DNA from: Sphagnum compactum
Lineage: Eukaryota
DNA length: 64,000 nucleotides
Assembly: GCA_965153455.1 (NCBI GenBank)
Contig: OZ234493.1
Location: 30,680,213-30,744,212 of the forward strand
Direction of reading: 5' to 3'
A model generated the notes under the pieces. That model saw only the letters and a program-made list of their open reading frames with translations. It searched no databases and was not told the DNA's origin. The translations under genes and the position numbers were made by a program. Positions within the stretch are counted from its first letter, which is position 1. Each line of letters begins with the position of its first letter. Below are positions 25,803 through 38,280 of this stretch, piece by piece.

Positions 25803-27072
25803 ATGGGAGTGCATGCACTTGAAGACGAAACTATAACTGATCTTGTGTTTGTTGCATTGTTGTTGCAAGTACCAAATCTTCAACGTCAAGTAAGAAGGCA
25901 ACATGGAGGGTCCATCCTTTGTCGTAGACCAAATGTGGCTCAAAAGTACGAGCTTGGCCATATTGACTATTTTGATGTTGAGCACTCCTGGAATTGACAT
26001 TTTGATGTTGTGATCTAGTCTATGACAATTGCCTTTTTGGACGTCACTCGAATGCATCACCCATTGTTCCTTCGAATCATGGAAAGCATATGTGCACATG
26101 ATCCTTATTTTGTTTAGAAGAGAAATGCATGTGATGTTCTAGGCTTGAATTCGATTAAAAAATGCACAAGTGTTTTGTGCATGCTTGCATATAGTCAAGT
26201 TGCCGATGCATGCGATGAGTATTACAGGATTGGAGAAAACACATCACATGAATGTCTCAAGCGCTTTGTGAGAACAATCAAGGAAGTTTTTAACTTGAAT
26301 TTCTCAGGCAACTGGGATGACCAAATTTGGAGATACAAATGAGAATGAATGCAGATAGAAGGTGGTTGGGCATGTTTGCTTCCTTGGATAGTATGCATTA
26401 TTGTTGGAAAAAATGTCTTGTTGTTTGGCAAGGTTCCTTCACTAATAAAGATGGGAATAAATTCATCATTTTGGAGGTGATAGCAAATCACAGGTTGTGG
26501 ATTTGGCACACTTATTTTGGTTTGCCAATAGGCAACAATGATTTAAATGTTTTAAATAGGAGCCTTTTGTTCCAAGATTTATTGAGGGGTGCAAATGTCG
26601 ACCTTCAATTTTGAGGTAAATGGCAATGTACATCCTCGTTACTATTTGCTTGTAGGTGGGATCTATCTTCGATGGTTCTATTTTGTACCCACCATACACA
26701 AACCACAAGGAGAAAAATGTTAACATTTTTCCAAAATGTAGGAGGCAATTCGCAAAGATGTTGAACATTATTTCAACGTATTGTAGTCGAAGTGGTAGAT
26801 TGTGGCTAATGCTTGTTACTTGTGGGATTGTGCTGTAATTGTAGACGTGTTGATGGCATGCATCATACTACACAACATGGTAATCGATAATGAATAAGGG
26901 GAGGTTTTGGAACTGACCATTGAATTGTAGCATGGCATTTAGATGAGGAGGGGTTTGACATTTTCAGAATACATTGAAGGCACAAAAATAAAATAAAATC
27001 AAGCAGCATACTACAGTTTGAGGAATGATTTAGTTGATCACCTCTAGGCATTGAAAGGCCTCAATCATCTTT
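25803..27072 (+). pseudogene. PIF/Harbinger DDE transposase (HARBI1/Plant_tran-like), decayed
   Basis: Fragments RQHGGSILCRRPNV, KKCTSVLCMLAY..ADACDEYYRIGENTSHECLKRF, WLGMFASLDSMHYCWKKC..WQG, LWIWHTYFGLPIGNNDLNVL, RKDVEH and MACIILHNMVIDNE, with stops and frameshifts. Confidence 0.9.
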
Positions 27073-27119
27073 GAACTTTTTTATGTACACAAATTTTTCT
27101 AGTTTTCTAGTTAGTGGGT

Positions 27120-28250
27120 TTAGCTTGCCAAATCCAAAGCATTGTGATCATTTCTTTCTTTTGTGATATTTGTGATTGGTGATATGCTTGCAATAGGGGT
27201 GGAGACTACTATTACTCCACTTGGTTTTGGTGTCACTATGTTGGTTTGTGCATTGTTGTGTTTTATGCAATTTTGAAATAGTTGTAATTCTTCTTGCTTT
27301 CGAAGACAAAAGTATTCCCGTGCTTCATGCAATTGCAACTGATCATTGAACATGGAGAAAATGGCCATCATACTTTGGTCTCGAATGATGGCGGTCGTTT
27401 CTAAAGTTGTTATTGCCATGTTTGCAACAGCGCGAGCTTGGGTGTTGATGTTGCTGCTTGCTTTCTGTTTGTTTCTTGGCCTTTTGGTATTCTTTTTCCT
27501 TCTTGCAACCTTGTGGCTGATTAGAAGGTGGATTCATATTGGGGGTGATGCTTGCAATGTTGATCCCCTACATCCCATTATTGTTGAAGTTTGTGGAATC
27601 GCCAAAATTAGCCTCCTTTTTCATTACTAGTGATGTTTTTTTCCTTTCTTTTCAAAGGTTAGCCCATCGAGGTATGTCTTTCAAAACATACCAAGCATGA
27701 ATGAAGGTGAATGTTTGATGGTTTGGGTGTTTTGTGTTGTACAAGTTTTTTGCAATGTATCTTTAATCCTTGTCCCTGATTCACAAACAACAAGCATGGT
27801 TATGTAGTGTCCTACAAACTTGTAGCATCATGCTTGATGATGCCCCATTTTGTTTCTGAACTCCTTGTAGATCTTGGAGCCCAACCAATAGGAATTGATT
27901 CGTTGAAGTGATTCTGCACTCAATCCCAAAATGTTGCAAATTTTTGCCCGTTCACAATCACCAAGTCTTGTGATATGTGGAAAAACGAACAACACAACTA
28001 CCGTTCCTCATCTACAACAATTTTTTTTCCTTTTCTTGCTTTCGATTGTGAGTGTGCAAGGTCATCGGTTGTTGTAGATGCTTCAACAACGCCCAATGAT
28101 GCCATTTTGCACGCTGTGACCTTAGGAATGTGTTGTAGCATGACACCTCAATCGATCTCAAATGTGGAGGTGGGAGAGAAGATTTTTGGCGGAGCTATGA
28201 TGGTATTTAATTTGTATGCGCAATGGTGGGGTGCCATCCTAGCTGTTTTT
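27120..28250 (-). pseudogene. PIF/Harbinger ORF1 (Myb/SANT-like, NAM-associated), decayed
   Basis: The minus strand reads LCCSFFHISQD..NGQKFATFWD, ETKWGIIKHD, HAWYVLKDIPRW and QPQGCKKEK, convergent with the transposase. A Harbinger-type TIR (reverse complement GAGCATCTCCAC) ends at 28313 and is followed by TTA. Confidence 0.75.
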
Positions 28251-28316
28251 GTTACGCTGTCATATTTTTTTTGCTGTTATCAAGGTTCTTAATGTACCCA
28301 TGTGGAGATGCTCTTA

Positions 28317-28598
28317 GGCCTGCTTTACACTAGGAGTCAAGGCCAAAACAACTTGGGGCCAATTTTGGGGTTGCAACTTGGCATCCCAAATTTGATGGTA
28401 TCCTTTTTTCAGCCTTGGGGCCAATACAAGGCCATAAAGTTCAGCATTTATTAGTAACTTGGGGCAGATTGAAAAAAAATTTCTCTTTCAACCTTGACTC
28501 CTAGTGTAAAGCCCTTGGGGCTGATTTCCACTTTTGCACCAATAAGAATGCTTGATTTGGGTTGAACATTGGCCCTAACTCCTAATGTAAAGCGGGCC
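28317..28598. mobile_element. Tourist-like MITE
   Basis: ~30-bp TIRs GGCCCTGCTTTACACTAGGAGTCAAGGCCAA / TTGGCCCTAACTCCTAATGTAAAGCGGGCC and TSD TTA (28314-28316 / 28599-28601). Confidence 0.85.
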
Positions 28599-28786
28599 TT
28601 AGACTTTACCCATTGTAAAACACAAACCGACAATTTTCACAAATCTAAACCTACTCAGATTGATCATGCAAGGCATACGAAATAGAGGATCTTATGCCTA
28701 CATGTAAGATCCCCCCTTGCTCTTGTGTTAGTGGAGTAGGTGTAGACCCTCATATCTCTCCTCTTTTTTTAGGAAATATATTCATT

Positions 28787-28972
28787 GATATAAGGTGCCC
28801 TCCAAATACATTAGGAAATTTTTTTCCTAGTGATTTAGGTTTTCTATATTGAAAGGTTTATGAACTCAGAGAGTAGGATGATATAAGGTGCCCTCCAAAT
28901 ACCCTAGGAAATTCTTTTCCTAGTGATTTAGGTTTTCTACATTGAAAAGTTTATGAACTTGGAGAGTAAGAA
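28787..28972 (+). repeat. 93-bp tandem duplication
   Basis: gatataaggtgccctccaaatac...tatgaact..gagagta starts at both 28787 and 28880. Confidence 0.85.
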
Positions 28973-29399
28973 TGACTTCAAAGAGCACGTCTGTCAAATG
29001 ATAATCACAATAAACATGTATGGAAAAACTTGTGTTTGTACTTCCAACATTTGGACTCTTATTTTCAACTATGTATTGTTTTGTTCATTCTTTGGTTTTG
29101 GAAAGAGAAGTCAAAATTCTCATGAGGTGACAATTTGGTGCTTCATTTTGTTTGTCATCAGTCAAGTTTTTGGAGAGGTTAAAGTTTTTGGAGAGGTTTG
29201 TTGTTGTGTTGTGGGTGTACATGGTTTGGGACTTACACTTCATGTAAGTGTAAATGTAGAATATGAAACGTGTAAGTGTAAAAATAAATTTATTTATATA
29301 ATTTTATGCAGTCCCATTAAACAATGTAAGTTATATATATATATATGATTTTACATGGCTCTGTAAAACAATGTAAATATATAACAATGTAAAAAAATG

Positions 29400-29688
29400 T
29401 GATTTTTACTTGAGAAGATTCAAAAAAAACATCAGCATTCAAGGGTTGGGGTGACCTCAGTTTTCGTGGTGAACTGAGTTTCACCCTGTCTCTCCTTTTT
29501 CTTAGCGCCTCCATTACTGCTCCTACTTGTAAAGCCACTATAATTAGTCTTGAACCTTGTGCATTAAATGCTGATTTTCAACATTTCATTCCGAGATCTA
29601 ATGAATTTCCTTACTTTATGGATACTCCTGAAGGAAGGGTTTGGGGTGAAAGGAGGCCCAAAGACAGGGTGACTTTACAAATAATTTT
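29400..29688 (+). mobile_element. MITE family A, partial copy
   Basis: Shares the family A body (gcgcctccattactgct...ggcccaaagacagggtgactttac). The left TIR was not found. Confidence 0.7.
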
Positions 29689-29820
29689 AGTATTTACACT
29701 GGCCTTGTGTAAGTGTTAAAAAAAAAATATATATACACTGCAACAGGATAAGTGTAAGTGTAAAAAATTTGGAGGTGTAAGTGTAAATCATTTACACTTA
29801 CACGCACAACACCGATTTGT

Positions 29821-30122
29821 TGGCCTTGCCTACCAAGGCAAGGATTATGTGTATTAGATTCGTTATAGAGTATGGTAGCTTAAGGGATTTTGGCCCACAG
29901 GTAGTAGGTCTATTTTATATGAGGATTTTTGAAAGATGATATTTTGACTTGTGTTGAAACTTGAGATTAGTTGTAGAATTATGATATCTTGAAGGATTTT
30001 GGTTTCTTTTAAAGGATTCTTTTGAAGATTATATTTTGGCATGGTGAAATATTTGAATTTCCAAAATTCTTCTTTTGCCTTTCAATACTTTAATGTAAAT
30101 GGCAAGGCCACAGTGTGACACA
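29821..30122 (+). mobile_element. Dispersed ~300-bp repeat family B (MITE-like)
   Basis: Inverted TGGCCTTGCC...GGCAAGGCCA ends. Homologous copies lie at ~50235-50563 (-) and ~52987-53293 (+). Confidence 0.75.
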
Positions 30123-30691
30123 CCCCTTGTTGACATGGTGTTCATTTACTAGCTTTGAGCAAAGGTAGTGATACCACATAGAATCATGGTTAGTAGATGA
30201 AAATTAAACACAAAATATGAATGTTAGTATACACGACTAGAAACATAGCAACCCAAGTATGCTGGTATTGGCCAACTTTTGCTTCACCTTTGTATTAAGT
30301 CATATATCCTATCAGATTCTTTGTGTTCCTTCAGAAAAGAACTATTTCCAAATTACATCTACTTGTCAAAATCTGTGAAGCCAATTCAAGCCAATCTGTA
30401 AAGCAAGTTATAAGCTAGGTTTGGCAAGGTAAGCCCAAGTATATACTTTGGAAGATTTTGAGGTTTCTTAAAGTTGCATTGAAGGAAAGAGCTCAAGTTC
30501 GTACACAGCTTCCAAAATGTGTTCTTGGGAATCTGCTAGTGGTCTTTATCTAAGAATCTACAACAGTATTTTACATCCCAACTTTACAATGGCTTTGCCA
30601 AAATCTGGAGCATTGGATGTATTCGAATCAAAGACTATTTTCATATAAGCTGCAGACAATTTTTTTGAATCTTCTACTTCTGGGAGATTCT

Positions 30692-33682
30692 CTAACCTCT
30701 ACAAGAGGTCACACTTTGTATCTGAGATTGAGCTTGAGGGGGCAGCTGCTCATCAGCACGTCCAGATGCGCCATTGATTGCATTTGTCTCCCCTTTAACA
30801 GATTTGAATTGATGGTAAGCATCAACCATTGTTTTGAATATTGGCTCAGAGTGATGGAGAGAGTAGAGACCACAGCCATCACTATCACCTTCAGGTGATC
30901 CCTTGCGTTTGAATTTGGGCCTTTTTGCAGTGATTGCAATTGCCAGATCATTGGGGAAGAGAGACCGCCACACAAATGCATGAAGGAGGGTCAAGCAGAA
31001 GAGAGTGAAAACTGTGGTTGATGAGACAAAAGAAAGCACTATGGCTAGGCCCTTCGCAATCCATGTACTTGCCTCATGACAATAGAGGATTGAAGCTATG
31101 GAAGCTGCAGTCATTGGAAATGTGTATGCCCACCAGGCAATTGAGAATCTGATAACAACAAAAGCCCAGATGCAGGTAGATTATCAGTGAAAGTCTCAGA
31201 GAGAAAATGCATTATGACACTTAAAAACTCCAAATGTTTTATTTCCAAGGACTGTATTGCAAAAGAATGGTTGTGTGCTGAACAAACTTACTTGAACCCT
31301 CTGAAGAAGTTGATGCGAACGACAAGGGATGAGTAGAGGAAAAGGGCCACAAAGAACACAAGTCTTGAAACATAATCGAAATGACCCACAATCTTCATCC
31401 ATGCAACACTGGCAGCACTTGGGGCTGCAACAAATAGGAAGAAGACTGGATGCAGGTCCTTGGGCAGTGTCTCATTTGTTGGCAGCCTTTGATAAAGAGT
31501 AACAAAGAGCACGAGATAGTGTGCAAGACCGACAGCCCAGAAGAAGATTGCTGGCTCATCCCAACCTACAGTTGCTGCAAGAATTGAGCCTACAAAGTTT
31601 CCAACCACGGACAGATGTGTGGAAGGGTTAGCAACTTTGGAGAGGCGTCTGTCACCCCCAGAAAGCCATTGTCCATAGATTTTGAGCTCCAGTAGAACAA
31701 TGGGAGCCATAAGCACATACCACACTGCAGGATGTAAAGACTTTGTGATGACAGGTGGAACTCCAATTGCCAGAAACATTCCAGCAATCCAAGGTGCAAA
31801 GAAGAAGTTCACACGAACAGGGTGATGAAATTCACGCCTCACAGCTTCAAAGAAGTAAATGAATTTCAGCATGTAGATGAAGAAGACAATGATGAGAGAC
31901 AACACAGAAAGGCTCCACAAGTAGAGGTTGATGCAGCTGGGGATATGGAGAAATGCCAAATCTGGAGATGATGCCAGATTCTTCCAAAGAATGGATTGAC
32001 TTCCGAGTCCAAGAGTGACACCAAAACACCCAATTGGAAAACGCAGCAGGAATGGCCATTTCTCATCTGGTGGCAGCAACAGGTTTTCTGAGTCCTGCAA
32101 TTTTCAGGGAGCAACAGCGGCAGCGGCAGCAGAACACCCAACTGAGTACATAGTACATACTGAGTAAACCCTAAACCTCTTTGCAGAAACAGCAACAGAG
32201 AGATGGCAGTAGAAGAGAAGAGGCCAATTTCTTCAAGACCCAGTGCTGATCCAGTATGCTACTTACCTTGGGAACTTCCAGCTCTGGTCCTTGGAGGGCA
32301 TCGAAGTAGCGTCCAGCACTCACAGCCGGCTGCAAGCCACACTCATCAACATCATAAGGACAGTCTTCGCAGCTCTTCTCCTCATCGATCACGCGATCCG
32401 CACACCTCCTGGAATAGGTTTTGGTGAATTGCTTCTCTAGAGGACCGGAGAATTTCTTCGATCGCGTCCTGAACATGTCGTAAGTGTCTGGAGCGTTGCT
32501 TGGGGTTTTGGGTATTGTCGGACTCCCATCCTCATCATCTCCTGCTGCACCACGGCTTCGAAAGCGCGTGAAGGAGCGAGGCACCCGGGAGGCAGCAGCA
32601 GAAGATCTGAACCTGCCGGTAGCAAAAGAAAGAGCTCTACGCTTTGGAGGATCCCCGTGTTGCATCGCCGCAATGGGTTTACAAGGCATTGTGGGTTGAC
32701 ACTCAAGAAACGGAGGTTTGCGTAGTTCCACAGAATGGAGAGCTCTTGCAGATGCTTCAGAAGTCTCCAGCTCTCTTCCATTGCTCTCAGCAGCTGAGTC
32801 CCGTTGTTGTTGTTGCTCCTGCTGGCAGGCACCCAGTTCCACATCAACTTCTTGCATGCGAGGAGATGTTGGTACCAGAGCTCTAGGAGCGTTGAGAGCC
32901 GGCTTGATCGATGCACTTCGCATAGCCGGATTCCTGTAGCTAGATGCCGGTGCTGGTGGTGGTCTGTGTACCCCATGGTTGAATCTGTCTTCTGTCTCCC
33001 TCTCAGTCTTCAATGGTTTCAGAGACGGTGTGCGATCCGAGAACGATCTTCCGACTGCTGAATCTAGTGCTAGCAAGTAAGGATCACGCCAGAGAGAGGA
33101 CGCGGTTTTTTCAGAGATGGGTTTTCCAAGAGACGTCAGGGGAGCTGAAGAAGAAGAAGAAACAGAAGAGGGAACCACATTGTCAGCGTCACTGCTGATA
33201 GGAACCCAAAGAAACGTGGATTTCTCTGTCTCTGTTGCACTCGGCACCTGTTCTGCTGCTGGTCTTCCATGATCATCGAAGGCTTTCTTCGTCTCGGTTT
33301 GTGCATCTCTCTGCAAACTGCTGGTCCTCTCCACAGGAATGGAGTCCATATCAAAATCGCAACCACTACTAGAGCCTGCTGACGAACAAGAAGTAGCAGC
33401 AGTTGTTCTGCTGGGAGCGTCTCTCCTGATGTCGGACATGATTCGGAAGGAGTTGCTGCTGCTGGAACGTGAATGCTGCTGTCTTCTTCGGCCAGAATCT
33501 TCCGACACCACCCACACTTCTCTGATGGGTGAACTTGCTCCTCCTGAACGGATTATACCAGACAATCCGTCCACAGTTCTCGTTGTTGTCTCATGATGCT
33601 GCTGTTGCTCTTGTTCTTCACCATGCTGCGGCATTCCAGGGTGCTGCTGATCCTCCACCTCCCGTCGCAACTCAGCTGCCAT
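30692..33682 (-). CDS. SLAC1: SLAC1/SLAH-family S-type anion channel, ~891 aa
   Basis: Exons 33682-32267, 32094-31292 and 31148-30692 (GT-AG, phases 0 and 2, in frame). Motifs: AGRYFDALQGPELE, WPFLLRFPIGCFG, EAVRREFHHPVRVNFFFAPW, KIYGQWLSGG..RLSKVANPS, LYQRLPT, FSIAWWAYTFPMT. The family is clear, but SLAC1 versus SLAH orthology is not resolved. Confidence 0.93.
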
Positions 33683-34306
33683 ATTCTCTCTCAGCTTAGA
33701 TAGCTAGGTAGCAACTGGTTTTGTTTCTCTACAAATCAAACGCACAAAACCAACTCATCAATAAAAAACAAAAATAAAAATAGAACAAACGCACTCCGAT
33801 AACTGCATCAAAAACCACTTCTCATGGAGCCGGTACAGCATTGACAAACAAAAACCCAAAAGCAACAAAGAGAACGTCATCAACAACCCCTATTTAACTA
33901 CCAACATTCTTCTTGCACAGTTGTTTTGTAGATCACATTATTGTATAGAAAGATTAGCAGGGAAAAAAAGAGCATTGAAACACACAGTGACCAAAAAGCT
34001 TTACATGTCTGCAAGCTTCTTACGACTGCCAAGAAGCAAATCAGCACCTGAAAGATCAGAGAGAGCAAGAGCGACTTGAGAAGTGGTACTACAAAATTTT
34101 CAGTAGGTTAAAAAAAAACAAAAAAAAAAAAAAAAACCAAAATGTAGCACGCAATTTCAGGGGAATTACTTAACTCGGAGCGAAGATTTAGCTGACGCAA
34201 AACCAGAGCAAAAATCCCACGACAAACGCGGCAAAAAACGAATGGAACTAAAGCGCGCAGGCGGCGGGAGAGAAGAGGAGAGAGACGAGAGGGACGGACA
34301 CAGACA

Positions 34307-34953
34307 GAGAGCGCCAAAAGGTGGCTATGCTATTCCGCGTTAGAATGTCATGTTTTCCGGCCTCGTTCCACTGGCGGAAAGTATGGAATGTTCATACGTT
34401 TTGTGTCCTGTGTAAAATCACGCGCGGAACTCAACGTACACAGAGCCATGAAGAACACAGGGACACACATGAGAGCGCCAAAACGTGGCTGCTATTCAGC
34501 GGCGGAATGTCATTTTTTGTGGCCTCGTTCCATTGACTTACTGACGGCGGAAAGTACGCAATGTTCATTGCTTTCCCTTTCCACTCGTGTAAAATCAGGA
34601 CCAACGCAGGGACATACAGGAGAGCGCCAAAAGGTCGTTAATATTCCGCGGCGGAATGTCATATTTTGTGGCCTCGTTTCACAGGCTTATTTTTACGCCG
34701 GAAAGTATGGAATGTTCTATTTCTTCTTTTTCCGGCGTCCTAATTCCACTGGTGTGGTCAAAAAAGGTGCGGAACTCAGCTCACACGTGTCAGTAGAGAC
34801 TGAACGGAATGACACACGAGAGCGCCAAAAGGCAGTTGCTATTCCGCGGCGGAATGTCATGTTTTCTGGCCTTGATCCATTGGCTTATTTGCGGCGGAAA
34901 GTGCGGAATGTTCATAGTTTTGGCGTCCTAATTCCACCTAACTCACACGTGGC
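34307..34953. repeat. Four-copy GC-rich tandem repeat array upstream of the SLAC1-like gene (putative cis-regulatory module)
   Basis: A ~90-100-bp core GAGAGCGCCAAAA...ATTCCGCGGCGGAATGTCAT...GGCCTCG...GGAAAGTATGGAATGTTC starts at 34307, 34471, 34620 and 34818. ABRE-type ACGTG(G/T)C sites are at 34483, 34785 and 34947. Confidence 0.85.
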
Positions 34954-37900
34954 AATGCGCAACTCCATTCACACGATGCTGAAATTACTAACCTCTTAAC
35001 AGACCCCCATTGAATAATCACAAGCAGTAAATTTTTTTCCAACAAATTTGTTATTTTTTCAACAAAACATTTGGGGAATTTTTATTTTTCTCTAGTGTAA
35101 ATTGGAGTAAATTTGCTAATTTTTGGGGGAATTTTATTTTTTAATATCAGAGAATTGAAGGAAAAAAAACCCTGATGACAAGGATGAGTCCGTCTGTCTG
35201 CCAAGAAAATTGTGATGAAAAAAAGTGGATTGATAAGTTTAACGCACTAAATAGTAGTAAATCACATCCAAACCTCTCATTGTTATGGATGATTACTACT
35301 GTAGTGCAAGGGCAGCTTCAACACGTCTGCCCAATAATTAGTTAGTTTTGAAGATTCCATTTCGAAAATAAAAATATTCCAGAATATTCCAAGAAATTTT
35401 CATTTTCCTTGACAAGAATTTGTTCTTTGTTAAAAAATAATTGTGAAAATTTCAGCATTTAAAACTATAATATAATTTGTGCCAAAGCTGCTAAGGTAAT
35501 ATGGTATTCTTTTGCTCATTTATTGGAGAGAATTGACATTTGTGTAATATTGTAGTATATTATTAGTACCTTTTCAGGTACAATGGTAGTTAAATTATTT
35601 TTGGAAAATGTCAAAAAAATTAGAAATTTGTTTGTTCAAAATTTCAAAAAAGTTTAAAAATTACAAGGAAAAGAAAAATCTAAATAAATGAGAGCAATAT
35701 TAAAAACTCATTAAATCACCATGAAAGAAACTTTGCAAGATATTGTTCCGTCACACCTAAATTTTTCTTCTCTCCCTCTTCTTTGCTCATGCCTACCATT
35801 GGCCCCTTTCTTGTTCCTCCTTTCTTTGTTGAGCCAACCCCACTTCTATATCTATTTTTTTGAAAGAATTTGTTTAAAAAAAACTATATTGCATATGTTG
35901 TTGTGTGTCGTGTTTATTTATTTATTTTTCATTGTTTTATATGGTGTGTAAAATTGTATTAATGTATGTGTTTTTTAATAAAAAGTTAACCCTTACACTT
36001 TAAGCATATATACATTTTATATACACTTACATTTGTTCGACATGTATGTCAAAGACCATATACATGCCCAACATTGATGAAAACCCATGAAATTCTTGCT
36101 TTTGGACAATCCACCATTGCAAAGTAGGTATCCAATAATAGACAACATTTTTTATCCTATAATTTGGTGGAACACCATTTCTCTTCATTTGCAATAATAA
36201 TAATAATAAAATGTTGTAAAAGGTTTCATTATGTTAGAGGTACAAAGTCAAGCCAAAGGAGCTAGTTATATTTAGTGCCAAATTTTCATAAATTATTTTT
36301 TTATTGTCAAAATGGATTTTGAGAAATAGAATAACTATTTGATGCCCCAAGTGCCAAACCTAAAATGGTACTACAACATCTCTCCCCATTTTTACAAAAA
36401 GAAGTAGTAAAAAATGTTATAATAGGTCTGATTATGTTAAAGCTTAAAACTTAAAAGAACTTGCCAAAGAAGCAGCCTATATTTATTGCTGAAATTTCAT
36501 AAATCATTATTTTTATTGGTGAAATGAAAATTTGAAAATATAATAATTAATTTGGCCCTTGAGTGCCAAACCTGAAATGGTACTAAGGTATTTGGGATAC
36601 AATTTTGGCTTCAACTTGGATTTTTTTGGGGTGATAGCTGAACACTTAGCTGAACTTTTTTAGGTCTCATTATATTTTAATAAAAATTCATTTTGTGGTC
36701 AAATTACCTAACCATGTACAATCTAATAGCCATTATTAATAATAGCCACTTGTTATTAGATATTAATATGGCTTTTTCAAACTTATACTATGGTCCACAA
36801 AATGGATGTATAGGCTATGCACCACAATTTCAGCTCATATGAAGTTGATTCAGCCTTCCTCTCTTCTCTTGACGGTACAAGTCGAAGTTATTTGGCATTG
36901 AGTACAATTGTGCAGGTGGTGGTTGTTGTTTGAAAATATCCAAATTGTACGAAGTGATAACCTTTCATCAAGCACTAATAATAACGCTTCACATTTGTTG
37001 ATTGTAAGGTCCAAGTTGGAATCACACTAGAATGAGCGCAACTATGAAGGTGTCCTCATTCTTGTCATGAATCCGGTGTTTCAAAAGGGGTAAGTAAATT
37101 GTGTCGTTTCAAAATTTGGAATACTTGCATATCATGTTTTTGTTTTATATTCGATTCCTTTAAATTTCACCACATTTAAACCCTATTCTTTTGCACATTA
37201 AATATATACAAACTCAACGTAAATCAAACTCATAATGTTGGTCATTGGTTTATTTTGTCCAATGGGGTCCATGAATTATATTGCTTGCTTGTAGTTTTCA
37301 TTTATATTCATTTAATAGTTCCTTGATTTGGTCTATTGCATATTGTTATTTTGGTTGTTCTTGGTGTATCAAAATATGAATTGTGAAGAAGGTATCGTTC
37401 ATGGGGTCTATTTCAGATTTCAAGGCTTCATGGATTATTGAAAAATGTGATAGGCCTTTTCCCTCATAATTCATTGTGAACTTTGTGTGTAGTTATATAA
37501 GGTAGATATAGACCATTGGAAAAAGTTAGGTGAATGTGCAAGTAAACAATGATCTTATAATGAGCACTCACATGAAGCATGCAAGAGGTACTTAAATCAA
37601 AGACTAAAATAAAACGTCCCAAATTGGTAGAGAATGACAAGATTTTGGGTACATGAGTTCAAGGGTTGAATTATTTGGTAAATTCTTAATAATATTTGCT
37701 GTGGGGATCTAGGCATGTAGGGTTGAAAGTTGCTTCATCTAATTTTTAAATAATGAAAAAAATTGGAGACAATTCTTGGGGATAATCTTACTTCTTAGAA
37801 GATTGCTCTAAAATATAGGAAGCAAGTATGTCCATCAATTATTTAATCTTGTTACAAGTGTGCAAACCAATTTCCAGTGAAATCTTTCCTTTGATATTTT

Positions 37901-38280
37901 TGTCTAAAAACGTTTCGTTGTCAAAACACATTGTCGTTTTAATAAGTTGACATTGGATCATGTGGATGCCATTTGTATCTCAAATTATATTTGAATAAAA
38001 AAGAGGATGTATTTGCCTTGACCAATGTCATATTTAAGTTTTATTTCTTAGGAGGATTTTCACCACATGAATGTTTTATGTTATTTGAGGCACTTTGTGA
38101 AAGTGAGTTGTGGATGTTATGAGTCATGTATTGCATTCACACAATAATAACATCCCAGTGAATAGAGTCTTATTTGTTTACAATTATAAGATTCTCTACT
38201 ATTTCTTAAACATTTCTTGAATTGGTAGCTTTAAATTATCAATGTGCTTTTCAACTTTATTTGAAAATTACTTTGGTATT

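Noticed and set aside
34307..34953. CRISPR-like repeat-spacer array
   Set aside because: The repeats are ~95 bp and diverged, the linkers are related to one another (shared gtgtaaaatca and ggcgtcctaattccac), there are no cas genes, and the context is eukaryotic. It is a degenerate tandem repeat.
34388..34999. 203-aa ORF on the + strand
   Set aside because: It lies entirely in the GC-rich repeat array and has no recognisable domain. It is probably open by chance.
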